DNA of 32,000 bases from Nostoc sp. PCC 7120 = FACHB-418 (GTDB taxonomy: Bacteria > Cyanobacteriota > Cyanobacteriia > Cyanobacteriales > Nostocaceae), in the NCBI RefSeq assembly GCF_000009705.1, contig NC_003272.1, positions 3,990,001-4,022,000 on the forward strand. The letters are read 5' to 3'. Positions 15,312 to 24,538 of this stretch are shown here, in pieces. A model generated the notes under the pieces. That model saw only the letters and a program-made list of their open reading frames with translations. It did no database searches and had not been told where the DNA came from. Positions within the stretch are counted from its first letter, which is position 1, and every line of letters begins with the position of its first letter. A program made the position numbers and the translations under genes.

Positions 15312-15380
15312 GTCGCTTCGCTCCAAATTCAAAATTCAACTTTTCTCAACTCTTCTCAACTCTTCCACCCAGCAATGTTA

Positions 15381-18300
15381 TTAATCATTAGCAGTTCCTA
15401 ACGCAGTCTGATTGAGGATAGCGGGATTATTATCAGCACTACTTTCTTCGCAATCATGTAACGTAGCTTTGGGGTACACATTCCGCAGTTGAGGCAGGAT
15501 TTTCAACAGACGGTTAAGCGTCCCTGTCAAATCACAGGCGGCGTTTTCGCAACTCTCCAGCGCCAATTGCTCTAACCAGTGACGATAAGCAAGCTCAAAA
15601 TCTCGCATTTGGCGGACATTCACCCAGGCAATTTTCAGAGCGATGTGTGCTGGAGCCTCTAGACGCAGAGTGCGTTCAACAAATCGGCGGAAAGGAATAT
15701 CACGAAAGCGTTGCGGCCAGTAGGGTAAAACGATTGTCACCCAAAAAGAATAAGGATCTGTTCTCGCTAAAAGATAGGGGTCGTCTGGTTCTGTATTGAC
15801 ATCCTCCGGCGTTACCAAAATGGGTAAAAAGCCATCGCCGGCTGTTAAGTCGGGGAGCTTGGTTCGGGGACGTAAAAGAATATGCTCTAGGAGATGGAAG
15901 CCTTCGTCATTGCTGTATTTTTGAATTTCTGCGATCGCTGCGGTGCGTTCTTCTCTACTGTTGTAATATTGCGCCGCAAAAATTTCGTCTTTACCTTCAT
16001 TGGTCAGTTCCCAGCCGTAAACACCATCATCACTATCAATCAGTCGGAAGTTCTCTTCATCCTGAGCCAGTTCCATCAAGGTGTTACCCTGTTCCCATGC
16101 GATATCCTCACTGGTGTAACGCTGTGTTCCTTGCAAAATCAACTGGTTGTCTGGGTTGTAAATTTGACTTATGTATGCTAATGAATCTAATGAATTGGTA
16201 CTAATCCTTAAACGAGCCGTGCGAACCAACAATAATAAATGCTCAATCGCTGCATCCCTTTCTGCTTCTGATGTATAGGTTTGGGTATGGATAGCGGCTA
16301 CACTGTTAGTATCGCGGGGACGGCTCAAAATCCGAAAGCCAAACTCCTTATTAGTTGTTGTAGGATTAATTACCCCTGTTTCAAATAGTGTACCTAAAAC
16401 ATCTTGGTAAAAGCGATCGCGGGCTGTAGTCTCATCACCATATATTTGGATACTTTGCAGTATAGTTGTTTCCTGGCGGTCTACGAGGCGATAACGGTAG
16501 CCAGAGGTGGGTGTTGTTGCTGCTTCTATAACTAAAAATGGTTCAAGAGCATTTAGGCGCTGGAAGGTAAGCAAGCGATCGCTTTCTGTGGTTGTTACTG
16601 CTAAAAGTTTGCCTGTCTTGTCGGTAATTCCTAAACTATAGGTCTGTCCAGTGTGATCCTTGGCTGGGCTGAGGTAGCGGTTGAGGTAGCGGAGGTTTTC
16701 GGCGAACTCACTAGCAGCTTGCCAAGCCAAATACTCTGTTGCGTATGAACTAATACCGCGTAATAAAGTTTGACTATTAGTAATGTCGTTGATAACAAAG
16801 ACATAACCATTGGTGATAGTCTCTATGGCAAACTTGTATTGATTCTGATTCGCTTGAATGTGAGTTAACCAGCGTTGTAAGCTTAGTTCTCTTTCTAACT
16901 CAGTTGGGAAATGGTGAGTATATTCACTAAGGAGACTGCCTTGATGATCAACTAAGCCGTAGCCGTAATAGGTGAATTTTTGCGGAGTCGTCCCTTGATC
17001 CTGACCTAACGTAATATTGCGGTAATTCTGCACGTCTTGAATTAGCCTCAAGCTAATAACCCCAGCGTCTACGGCTTCGGTGCGGGAAAAATAGCGTTGT
17101 ACACCAGTAAAGGTAATTACGCCAGAGTTGAGGGGAATTTGTAAGCGGAAGGAATATAAGTCCTCATCTGTCGGCTGGGTGATAACTAAATTTTGCAGGG
17201 CGGTATCATCTAGCTGGGATAACTGCGTTAATAAACTTTGTAGCAGTGGTTCTAAAGCTGCGGCTCGTTCTTTAGTGGAGGGAAAAAAGCGATCGCTCCT
17301 AACTATACTCTGATTTTGGGTATCTAATATTTCCCAACTGTAATGATAATAATACTTATATGAAAGTCGTTTGTAAAAGTTAGGGTGTAGGGCAAATAGC
17401 AATAATTTATCTTGGTCAGCCTGGGCTTGTTCTGTGGTGGCGTATCTCTGTTTACTAGTTAAGGTTAAGTCATCAGAACTAAAATCTATACTTAAAAATA
17501 AATTACGACTATCTTTATCTACACGATAGTGGCTGAGGTGACGACGACGCACATCATCAATCCCCAGCAACCGCAACACCCGCTTTTTGAAACCCGCTAC
17601 ATTATCGGTATCCCAGACAGCATGACAATCATAGTAATTGTAAGCCCGGAAGCGATCGCGGCTTAAGGTGGGATAGTCTTGTAAAAATTGGGCTTTGTCG
17701 TGAATAATTTCGGTTTCTTGGGTCGCCTTGTTGTTACGGGTGGCAAACATCTGATAATTCAACAAGACATAATCACTAAAAGACTCAGAAAAACGAGCTA
17801 GTAAATGATCTAAAAAACGATTACGGCGATCGCGATAAGTTTCCGGTGCTTCATCCAACACATCAAGATAGTTATCAGGGATAATTTTTTCTATTTCAGG
17901 AAAATCCAGCTTTTGGGTAAAGTAAGTACGCTGCTTCTCCTGAAGACGGGTAGCATAATCGTTTTGTTGGGGTTGAGTCACATCGACTTCCCAAGAAAAC
18001 AAGTCACGAATATGAGAGAGTTGAGCAAGGTAGCTTGCTAATAACTGATCAAAAAAGACGAGATAAGCTTTTAGTTGTAAAGCCTGAGCTTTGCGTAAAG
18101 CTGGGACAGTTGGTGGTAGTCCGTCTTCACTGATGCCGTAGGTCGTGGGAAAATCATGATGAATAGAATAATGGTCGGCTAAGTCGTAATAACTCCCCTT
18201 CGGAACAGGAATATCCAACTCATCTCTGTCGCGGATGGTTTTGATATAAGCTGCTTGTTGTTCATAATAGCGGCGTTCCACTTCTTCCTCATCTACACCG

Positions 18301-19388
18301 ATGGGTAATTCACTTTTAAAGAAGTTGATTTTTGATGTTTTCACCCCCAATACCGGACGATATTGATCAGTTAGTTGGAGATACCAAGGGTGTCCTTGAG
18401 TCTGACGTAAGCCGTTGATATAGTTAGCGATACTCAGTTTCTTGATAGCCGAGACACCAGGAACTTGCAGAATTTCCTGATATAAATCTGATGTATGCAG
18501 AATAGTCGGTAAAGTCAAAGCTTCTAATTCATCGGTATCAATAAAGCCATGACTTTTATATAGTCTATTCTCGCCATCAAAAACCGAAGGTCTACCAGCA
18601 AAGATTTCTGCTGGACTTTTACCTTTGTCTAGTAATTCCTGTAGGGTATAAAATTTGAGACGTGGTGATAAGAATTGTTGTATTCGCACGTAGATATTTA
18701 CCAACACATCTTCCGCATCAGCATTAGTTTCTAGTTGAATATCAGCGCAAATTCCAATTTCTTCTTCACCCAAAATCACGATATCTGCAAAATCTTCACA
18801 GAGATTGCGACTATCACACAATACTTGTTTGACTTCATCCAGCGTATCACCCCAAGAACGGTCAATTTGTCCGCAGGCATTTTTGCGGTAATCTTGGTCA
18901 AGATCCAACCTGACTGTATATAAACCACGGGGATTTAAAGTTTTAGATTCTGCTGTCGGAGGGTTGTACTGTAAACGTTTGTCTGAAAAATTTACATAAA
19001 TATTTGGCTCATAACTCGTCACCTTTTGCAGCCAAGCATTCCGCACCCCAGGAATATCGATTAATCGTTTGCGTACATCTAATTCAGTGACAGGATTACA
19101 AGTCAGGACTGCATCAGGGGTAAAAAAATTATTCTCCCGACTATTCCCATCCTGGGGATTCAACGCTAACAGGTCAGCAATATCTAGATTGTTGCGATAG
19201 CCTAAATCTGTAATCGCATAGCAAAGCACCTCCAGAATCGTGACACCAGGATCATGCAGGTTGTAATCAGTCCAGATTTTACCCGATAAAGCTTGTAGGT
19301 GTGTAATGCCAATATCCCGCAGAGTTTGAAAATTCAGATAAGGCGGGAAATCAGGTTTTTGCTTCGATATACTAAGATATTCCGGCAT
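15381..19388 (-). CDS. cis12: Large baseplate wedge protein (Afp12/Cis12 position)
   Basis: 1335 aa with an ATG start. N-terminal motif WTDYNLHDPGVTILEVLCYAITDLGYR is typical of phage and CIS baseplate-assembly proteins. Sits downstream of the baseplate-J gene in the operon. Confidence 0.75.
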   Translation of the reverse strand: MPEYLSISKQKPDFPPYLNFQTLRDIGITHLQALSGKIWTDYNLHDPGVTILEVLCYAITDLGYRNNLDIADLLALNPQDGNSRENNFFTPDAVLTCNPVTELDVRKRLIDIPGVRNAWLQKVTSYEPNIYVNFSDKRLQYNPPTAESKTLNPRGLYTVRLDLDQDYRKNACGQIDRSWGDTLDEVKQVLCDSRNLCEDFADIVILGEEEIGICADIQLETNADAEDVLVNIYVRIQQFLSPRLKFYTLQELLDKGKSPAEIFAGRPSVFDGENRLYKSHGFIDTDELEALTLPTILHTSDLYQEILQVPGVSAIKKLSIANYINGLRQTQGHPWYLQLTDQYRPVLGVKTSKINFFKSELPIGVDEEEVERRYYEQQAAYIKTIRDRDELDIPVPKGSYYDLADHYSIHHDFPTTYGISEDGLPPTVPALRKAQALQLKAYLVFFDQLLASYLAQLSHIRDLFSWEVDVTQPQQNDYATRLQEKQRTYFTQKLDFPEIEKIIPDNYLDVLDEAPETYRDRRNRFLDHLLARFSESFSDYVLLNYQMFATRNNKATQETEIIHDKAQFLQDYPTLSRDRFRAYNYYDCHAVWDTDNVAGFKKRVLRLLGIDDVRRRHLSHYRVDKDSRNLFLSIDFSSDDLTLTSKQRYATTEQAQADQDKLLLFALHPNFYKRLSYKYYYHYSWEILDTQNQSIVRSDRFFPSTKERAAALEPLLQSLLTQLSQLDDTALQNLVITQPTDEDLYSFRLQIPLNSGVITFTGVQRYFSRTEAVDAGVISLRLIQDVQNYRNITLGQDQGTTPQKFTYYGYGLVDHQGSLLSEYTHHFPTELERELSLQRWLTHIQANQNQYKFAIETITNGYVFVINDITNSQTLLRGISSYATEYLAWQAASEFAENLRYLNRYLSPAKDHTGQTYSLGITDKTGKLLAVTTTESDRLLTFQRLNALEPFLVIEAATTPTSGYRYRLVDRQETTILQSIQIYGDETTARDRFYQDVLGTLFETGVINPTTTNKEFGFRILSRPRDTNSVAAIHTQTYTSEAERDAAIEHLLLLVRTARLRISTNSLDSLAYISQIYNPDNQLILQGTQRYTSEDIAWEQGNTLMELAQDEENFRLIDSDDGVYGWELTNEGKDEIFAAQYYNSREERTAAIAEIQKYSNDEGFHLLEHILLRPRTKLPDLTAGDGFLPILVTPEDVNTEPDDPYLLARTDPYSFWVTIVLPYWPQRFRDIPFRRFVERTLRLEAPAHIALKIAWVNVRQMRDFELAYRHWLEQLALESCENAACDLTGTLNRLLKILPQLRNVYPKATLHDCEESSADNNPAILNQTALGTAND

Positions 19389-19397
19389 GGAGAAATA

Positions 19398-19424
19398 GGG
19401 TGTAGGGGTGCAAGGGTATAGGGG
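19398..19424 (+). repeat. G-rich short tandem repeat (GGGTGTAGGGGTGCAAGGGTATAGGGG), a G-quadruplex-type motif
   Basis: Four G3-4 tracts separated by 4-5 nt, on the plus strand (the template strand of the operon), 10 nt from the cis12 start codon. Confidence 0.6.
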
Positions 19425-19488
19425 AAAAACTAATAACTACTAAATTTTTGCGTTCCTCCGGGCTAGTTTGTGTTTAAAAATTTTAAAT

Positions 19489-19953
19489 CTATGTTGTTCC
19501 AGCTAATATATGAACTGTTGATTGTCCCAACAACCAAAAAAACATAATTCCTAATCCGATAAATAATATAGGAATAAATCTAGCGAGTAATTGCAAACGG
19601 ATTTCCATTTGCTTTTGATATTCAGTAAACTCTTGGTGGAGAGTTTCTAATTCATGTTGAAGCTTATCTACTTTTTGTTCTAACTCCTTGAGTAAAGATT
19701 TCCAGTCAGTGCTGATACCTGGTGTTTGCTCCTCCTTGGCGCAGATTTCGTTCTCAGACTGCATTTCCCATAGGCTGTGATTGTAGTAGACTACATCGCC
19801 TTTTTGGTAGGTTTGCCCTGGTTTCCAAATTCCATGAAAGCGATCATCTCGCTTATTTAGTGTCGAGTCGATTAACTCTACAAAATAAGTTTCGGATAAA
19901 CGACTTTTGTTTTTAAATAGACTTTTTAATTCGTTACGTTTTCGCAAATTCAT
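19489..19953 (-). CDS. Tail-anchored membrane protein: CBM5/12-like motif, coiled coil and C-terminal TM helix
   Basis: 154 aa; the ATG lies 2 nt after the baseplate-J stop. WKPGQTYQKGDVVYYNHSLWE (nt ~19762-19836), heptad-like LLKELEQKVDKLQHELETLHQEFTEYQKQ, and TM helix FIPILFIGLGIMFFWLLG (nt 19525-19578). Confidence 0.75.
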   Translation of the reverse strand: MNLRKRNELKSLFKNKSRLSETYFVELIDSTLNKRDDRFHGIWKPGQTYQKGDVVYYNHSLWEMQSENEICAKEEQTPGISTDWKSLLKELEQKVDKLQHELETLHQEFTEYQKQMEIRLQLLARFIPILFIGLGIMFFWLLGQSTVHILAGTT

Positions 19954-19955
19954 AT

Positions 19956-22900
19956 TTATTCACCTAACTCCAAATCATTTAATGATTCATAGCCAAGAAC
20001 GCCAGATTCAAGTTTCTGGTTATTAAAAACGATCGCCTGCTCGATAAATTCTTCAATCATGTGGTCTTGATTGCTAGTCTTTGGGGAAACTGAAGTGATT
20101 ACAGAACGGGGAGTGATGGCGATCGCTTCTCTGATATCTTGTTGATTATTCAGGTTCATTTTGAAATTCACGACATAATCAACGTAGTACTGCTCCTCAA
20201 CAAATTTGAGAATCGAAGACCGATAAACTTTACCCCCAAAGTTAATATCTGCACCGCTATCCACTGTCCAAGGGGTGAGAAAACCAACAATGGCTTGCTG
20301 CAATTCCCGGCGGTAATAACCAAAGTTGCTGCTGTATGGAGCTTTTAACTTGACTTGAAAGTCAACTTGGATGCGTTCATACTGGGGATTCACCACTTTA
20401 ATCATTGCCCAAGGGGAGCTTACACTAGCGAGATACTTTTCAATTTCTTGCAATAAGTTAATGTTGACCTTGGGTTCTAAATCGTTGGTGGTGCTGCGTT
20501 GTGACAAGTCAGGGATGACAGCTAAAGTCACAGAACCCGGTGCTAGTTCATATAACTGCTCCTGAGCGTCATCAAATTGCCCATGATTGATACAGCGTAC
20601 CTTATAAATTTGAGGAAACTTTTCTAGTACCAATCTCTCGTAGTCAAAAATGGCGACGGCTCGTCCTTTATGGCGTAGGCGTTCACTGATGCGGATGTAG
20701 AAATTCTCTGGCTGTTCTTTAACTCGTCCGCCAAAGGAAGTGTAAGGTTGGGCAATTTTTTTAACTTCCGGTTGGGGAACAGCTAGCTTACTAATTGTCC
20801 CACCTGCTAGGGGACTACCTAAATGGTTGGGGTCGTTACCTGCATCCTTGAAGGTGACGCGAGCCGCTTGGGTGTGTACACCGATGATTTCACAAACAGT
20901 CCGGCTACGCGCGGGGATAGTGACTTTGAGCCAGTGAAAATTGGGGTCGAGAATTGTGGTTTGATTCCTGCTAATATCTGCGGGAATGCCTAAATTAATA
21001 ATGCCAGAGGTAACTAATCCATTGCTGGCATCATTGACGATGCGATCGCCTAAAGATTCCCAAGCATTATCCTTGAGATAATACCACTGGAGTTTATATT
21101 CTTCCTGCCGACGCAAGCTTATATCCGCCGTTTCTTCTGCTACCTGAAACAATAGGGGTAAGGCTGTAGGCGGGTCTAGGTTTTGTAACCCAATGAATAA
21201 TTCACCTTCCTGGTTGAAATAGGGGAGCAAAGGAGGATTTACTGCCAAATTTACCTTTGCAAACCCACCGAAAGGATGTAGATGAAAAAGGATGCAATCG
21301 CTCATACCTGCTTGAGCAGTGTACTTGAGAGAGAGCGATCGCACAACCGGCAGATATGGTTCGTTAGGAATAATCGGTTCATCATCAAGGTTTACATAAT
21401 AGGTAGTAGCCGCAAATATTGATTTGTCTGGTCGGCGGTAATAAGCGCCGATGACCGCTTGTCGCTTCTGGTTACTACTAACAACTACCGTCTGATTGGT
21501 GGCTGCTGCTAGTACCTGCTTCGCCAACACTCTGGGATATTGTTCATGGAGAAAGTTACCCGACAATTGCAACCGCAGAAAACCAGTTTTAGTCTGAGGA
21601 GTGAACATTTCCACTGGTGCGGATTGATCAAAAGAATCTAGTTTTAAATTTGCTAATTTACTAGTAAGAGAAATTTCGGGAGTATCCAACAGATTAGCAG
21701 TTACATTAGCAGTAGTCGGATACCAAGTTTTTTGACGCAAACCTTGAATTTTGACTTTTCCTGGTTGAAAGTTAGCAGGAATATCATAGCCAGCGTAGAA
21801 CTCTATCCAATTATTAGGTTTTGGTGTTGCCAATTCTAGGGAAATTGTCAAGGCAATCAGGCGTTTTTGTAATACTTCTTGACTACCGATATAGAGATTA
21901 GCTTTGTCTTGAGGCTGGAAACCAAAAGGCTCAAAGGGTCTGGCAGGATTTAGGACAGAAACATCATTTTGTACTACCAGATTACGCACCTCATCCACAC
22001 GGGTTTGCACCGTAATATCGAGGATTTGGGCATCTCGAAAATAATGATAAGGCGATCGCTCATTCACCAACAGCTGATGATTCAATTCCAGCCTAGCTAC
22101 AGGTATCGGTCGTTCTAGTTGTAGAGGTAAATTCAGTTCTTTGGGGTCGTAGGGAATCGGTGCATCTGGGCGATAGGGTAAGATGGGAGCCACATCCGCC
22201 GCCAGTTCTACTACCAAATACAAATTAGAACCATCCCATCTAGTCTGCTCTTGACCATTGGTAGCAAGTTGACCAACAGGTAAAATAGGGGCAGGTATCC
22301 ATGCTTTCTCACCACTGAGATAAACTACAAACGCCTGATGTAGTTGATTATCGGGTAGCCGTGGGAAAAAGCCCCCCAGGGATAACTTAAATTCAACAAC
22401 ACGCCGACCCTCTTGTAATAAAAGCACATCAGAAGCGATCGCCACTCCTAAACGTGCATGATCACGCTGTTCATTACCAAAAGGCAACCATGTCTTAACA
22501 ATTTGTTCTTGGGGAAATGCTCCCCCCTTCCCATCCACAGAATTGGCGACTGGTGAAGCATACAAACCCGTAAGATTTTGCGGAACTGCTGCTGTTTTCC
22601 TCTCTTGGGAGTCGAGAAACAATCCTTTGAGGCTAGCAATTTGGGCTTTATGAATAACCGTTTCTGCATCAAGCTGATAAAACAGGTCTACCCCTGTCGC
22701 ATCTTTCCCCGCCTTGAAACTGGTACCAGCCGTCAGTTTATATTCCCGTTGAGATTTAGCTAACTCAAACAGCAAGTGAACCTGATCAGCTTGGGCTGGG
22801 CGATCTGGTAGTAACAGTACTTGACGGTAGAAAAAGTCCAAGTGTCGCTGCGTCAAGCGATTGAGGTCATCCCGTGCAGGTTGCAGCACCTCCAAAAAAG

Positions 22901-23651
22901 CAAAATAAAGCGATAAAAAAGGCTGATGGTCTTGGCGATCGCTTAAACTAGCCTTTAAGTAATTCGGCGCTTGTTGAATAATCTGCCGATAAGTTTGCAA
23001 CAACACCTGAAACACCGTATCCAGTTCTGTCCGTGCGTCCTTAACTGTACCCATCAACGGAGTCCGGTCACTTCTTAAAGGTGCATCGATAGTTAACCCA
23101 AATACCCCACTAAACCCCCGATAAAATTCCTCATCCACATTCCCGCAGCCCAACTCAAAAGACTGCATCCTCATTAAAGGTTCCGTCAAGTTTGTTTTGA
23201 CTAATCCTTTAATTACGGATTTCAAAGGCGTATAAGCTTCTATCCCTAGATACCATTGTTGTATCTTTGTCAATATCTCAGTTTTCCAAATACTTAATAC
23301 TTCACTGAGACTAGTAACAGTGCGTTCCGCCAAAAACGCTGCCAACTTTTGACTATATATATCCTTAACTACTTGCGGAGAAACCTTACTAATCAAAGCA
23401 ATTTGAATCGGAGTATTACCCTCAAAAAAGTTTTGCCAATTACCATCCGCATCGCTGGGACTCCAAGGCTGATTCTCCGCCCTGTAATACATCACCTTTG
23501 CACTCAGACGATATACCAAAACCAAAAAGTCAGCCAAATCACGCTCATCCACACCAATAGAAGCGGGAGACAAAGCTGAAACCTGGCGCTGGCGCTGGCT
23601 CACCCCATCGCGGATTAACGGGTTTTTCGGTAGATCGCGGTTGTTGCTCAT
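19956..23651 (-). CDS. cis11: Baseplate J/gp47-family protein (Afp11/Cis11-like), unusually large
   Basis: The track ORF starts at a TTG (23696); an ATG at 23651 (MSNNRDLPKNPL...) is more likely. C-terminal block GGTISKLAVPQPEVKKIAQPYTSFGGRVKEQPENFYIRISERLRHKGRAVAIFDYERLVLEKFPQI matches the Baseplate_J signature (..GG.d.E....r.R....lr.r.RAV...DyE.l.l..). Confidence 0.9.
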   Translation of the reverse strand: MSNNRDLPKNPLIRDGVSQRQRQVSALSPASIGVDERDLADFLVLVYRLSAKVMYYRAENQPWSPSDADGNWQNFFEGNTPIQIALISKVSPQVVKDIYSQKLAAFLAERTVTSLSEVLSIWKTEILTKIQQWYLGIEAYTPLKSVIKGLVKTNLTEPLMRMQSFELGCGNVDEEFYRGFSGVFGLTIDAPLRSDRTPLMGTVKDARTELDTVFQVLLQTYRQIIQQAPNYLKASLSDRQDHQPFLSLYFAFLEVLQPARDDLNRLTQRHLDFFYRQVLLLPDRPAQADQVHLLFELAKSQREYKLTAGTSFKAGKDATGVDLFYQLDAETVIHKAQIASLKGLFLDSQERKTAAVPQNLTGLYASPVANSVDGKGGAFPQEQIVKTWLPFGNEQRDHARLGVAIASDVLLLQEGRRVVEFKLSLGGFFPRLPDNQLHQAFVVYLSGEKAWIPAPILPVGQLATNGQEQTRWDGSNLYLVVELAADVAPILPYRPDAPIPYDPKELNLPLQLERPIPVARLELNHQLLVNERSPYHYFRDAQILDITVQTRVDEVRNLVVQNDVSVLNPARPFEPFGFQPQDKANLYIGSQEVLQKRLIALTISLELATPKPNNWIEFYAGYDIPANFQPGKVKIQGLRQKTWYPTTANVTANLLDTPEISLTSKLANLKLDSFDQSAPVEMFTPQTKTGFLRLQLSGNFLHEQYPRVLAKQVLAAATNQTVVVSSNQKRQAVIGAYYRRPDKSIFAATTYYVNLDDEPIIPNEPYLPVVRSLSLKYTAQAGMSDCILFHLHPFGGFAKVNLAVNPPLLPYFNQEGELFIGLQNLDPPTALPLLFQVAEETADISLRRQEEYKLQWYYLKDNAWESLGDRIVNDASNGLVTSGIINLGIPADISRNQTTILDPNFHWLKVTIPARSRTVCEIIGVHTQAARVTFKDAGNDPNHLGSPLAGGTISKLAVPQPEVKKIAQPYTSFGGRVKEQPENFYIRISERLRHKGRAVAIFDYERLVLEKFPQIYKVRCINHGQFDDAQEQLYELAPGSVTLAVIPDLSQRSTTNDLEPKVNINLLQEIEKYLASVSSPWAMIKVVNPQYERIQVDFQVKLKAPYSSNFGYYRRELQQAIVGFLTPWTVDSGADINFGGKVYRSSILKFVEEQYYVDYVVNFKMNLNNQQDIREAIAITPRSVITSVSPKTSNQDHMIEEFIEQAIVFNNQKLESGVLGYESLNDLELGE

Positions 23652-23699
23652 TGAATCGGGAGTGGGGGAAAAAGAGAAGTGTTGACCAATTACCAATGA

Positions 23700-24149
23700 C
23701 TAATTACCACTTCCTTCTTGTAGGTAGAAGGGGTAGACAAAGTTAAAGCGGGAATTTGTGCTGATGATGGTGCAATCTACAATGATTTGAATTAAGCCTT
23801 GGGCATCGGCTTCGTTAACTGCTGATGGATTTTGGCGATCGCTTATTCCTTGTTGAATATCTAGCTTGTTTAGGCGGATACGAGGCTCGTAATATAAAAT
23901 TGCCGTCCGTACCAGTTCTTTAATATTGCTAGCTACTGTAGGGCTAAGGCTTTCAAAGAGTAAGTCTTGCAAATTACAACCATAGTTGGGCTGCATTACT
24001 CGCTCACCCAAATTGGTAGACAAGAGAATTTGCAGGCTCTCTCGAATATCGTCTTCTGCACTGACAAGTCGGACACTCCTGGCTTTTTTCTCAAAGGTAG
24101 GGGGAAAACCCCAACCAGTACCTAAATAAGCGTTGCTCTCGTCGTCCAT
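23700..24149 (-). CDS. cis9: GPW/gp25-family baseplate wedge protein (Cis9)
   Basis: YLGTGWGFPP...DDIRESLQILLSTNLGERVMQPNYGCNLQDLLFE is the gp25 lysozyme-like signature. The likely ATG at 24149 is preceded by GGAGG inside the end of the PAAR gene (GGAGGCTGATATG); the track ORF begins at a TTG at 24161. Confidence 0.9.
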   Translation of the reverse strand: MDDESNAYLGTGWGFPPTFEKKARSVRLVSAEDDIRESLQILLSTNLGERVMQPNYGCNLQDLLFESLSPTVASNIKELVRTAILYYEPRIRLNKLDIQQGISDRQNPSAVNEADAQGLIQIIVDCTIISTNSRFNFVYPFYLQEGSGN

Positions 24150-24150
24150 A

Positions 24151-24453
24151 TCAGCCTCCAATGAGTACGGTAAATTCTCCCAAAACTATCGAGCCTCCGT
24201 GTGCTGTTGTATCACCCAAACGGGCAGCAGGTTTGCCCCCAATCATCACAGTTGAAGAACCAAGAACGATCGCATCAGGAGGCCCGACGCAGACACAACT
24301 ATCACCAAGGACAGCCGCAGGTAAACCCCGAATCAAAACTGTAGGTACACCCGGCCCCACAATCGCCCCCCCAACATGAGGGATAGGAGGAAGACCAGGA
24401 GTTTGCATTGGACAAATGTGCATATCAGTAAGACGAGCGGCGGGTTTTCCCAT
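24151..24453 (-). CDS. cis10: PAAR-domain spike-tip protein (Cis10)
   Basis: 100 aa with three PAAR-type motifs (KPAARLTD, LPAAVLGD, KPAARLGD) and a G/V/P-rich beta-cone composition. Confidence 0.95.
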   Translation of the reverse strand: MGKPAARLTDMHICPMQTPGLPPIPHVGGAIVGPGVPTVLIRGLPAAVLGDSCVCVGPPDAIVLGSSTVMIGGKPAARLGDTTAHGGSIVLGEFTVLIGG

Positions 24454-24470
24454 AAGATTCCTTTTGGAGT

Positions 24471-24506
24471 AGGGGCAGGGGGAGCAGGGCAGGGGAGGTG
24501 GGGAGG
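24471..24506 (+). repeat. G-rich STRR-like run (AGGGGCAGGGGGAGCAGGGCAGGGGAGGTGGGGAGG), a G-quadruplex-type motif
   Basis: Five G3-5 tracts with 2-4-nt loops in the 85-nt VgrG-PAAR spacer. They are on the plus strand, so the operon mRNA is C-rich here. Confidence 0.6.
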
Positions 24507-24538
24507 ATAAACTTCAGACCTCAGCAGCAGTCAACACC

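Noticed and set aside
10881-15332. A diversity-generating retroelement acting on the distal protein
   Set aside because: There is no reverse transcriptase gene in the window and no template/variable repeat pair with adenine-specific differences. The repeats present are in-frame tandem domain duplications.
15312-15332. N-terminal extensions from TTG starts in the ORF track (also 23652-23696, 24150-24161 and 31819-31839)
   Set aside because: In each case an ATG or GTG lies a few codons downstream, with a better context (GGAG or GGAGG at proper spacing) or a canonical family N-terminus. The extensions run into repeats or into the upstream gene.
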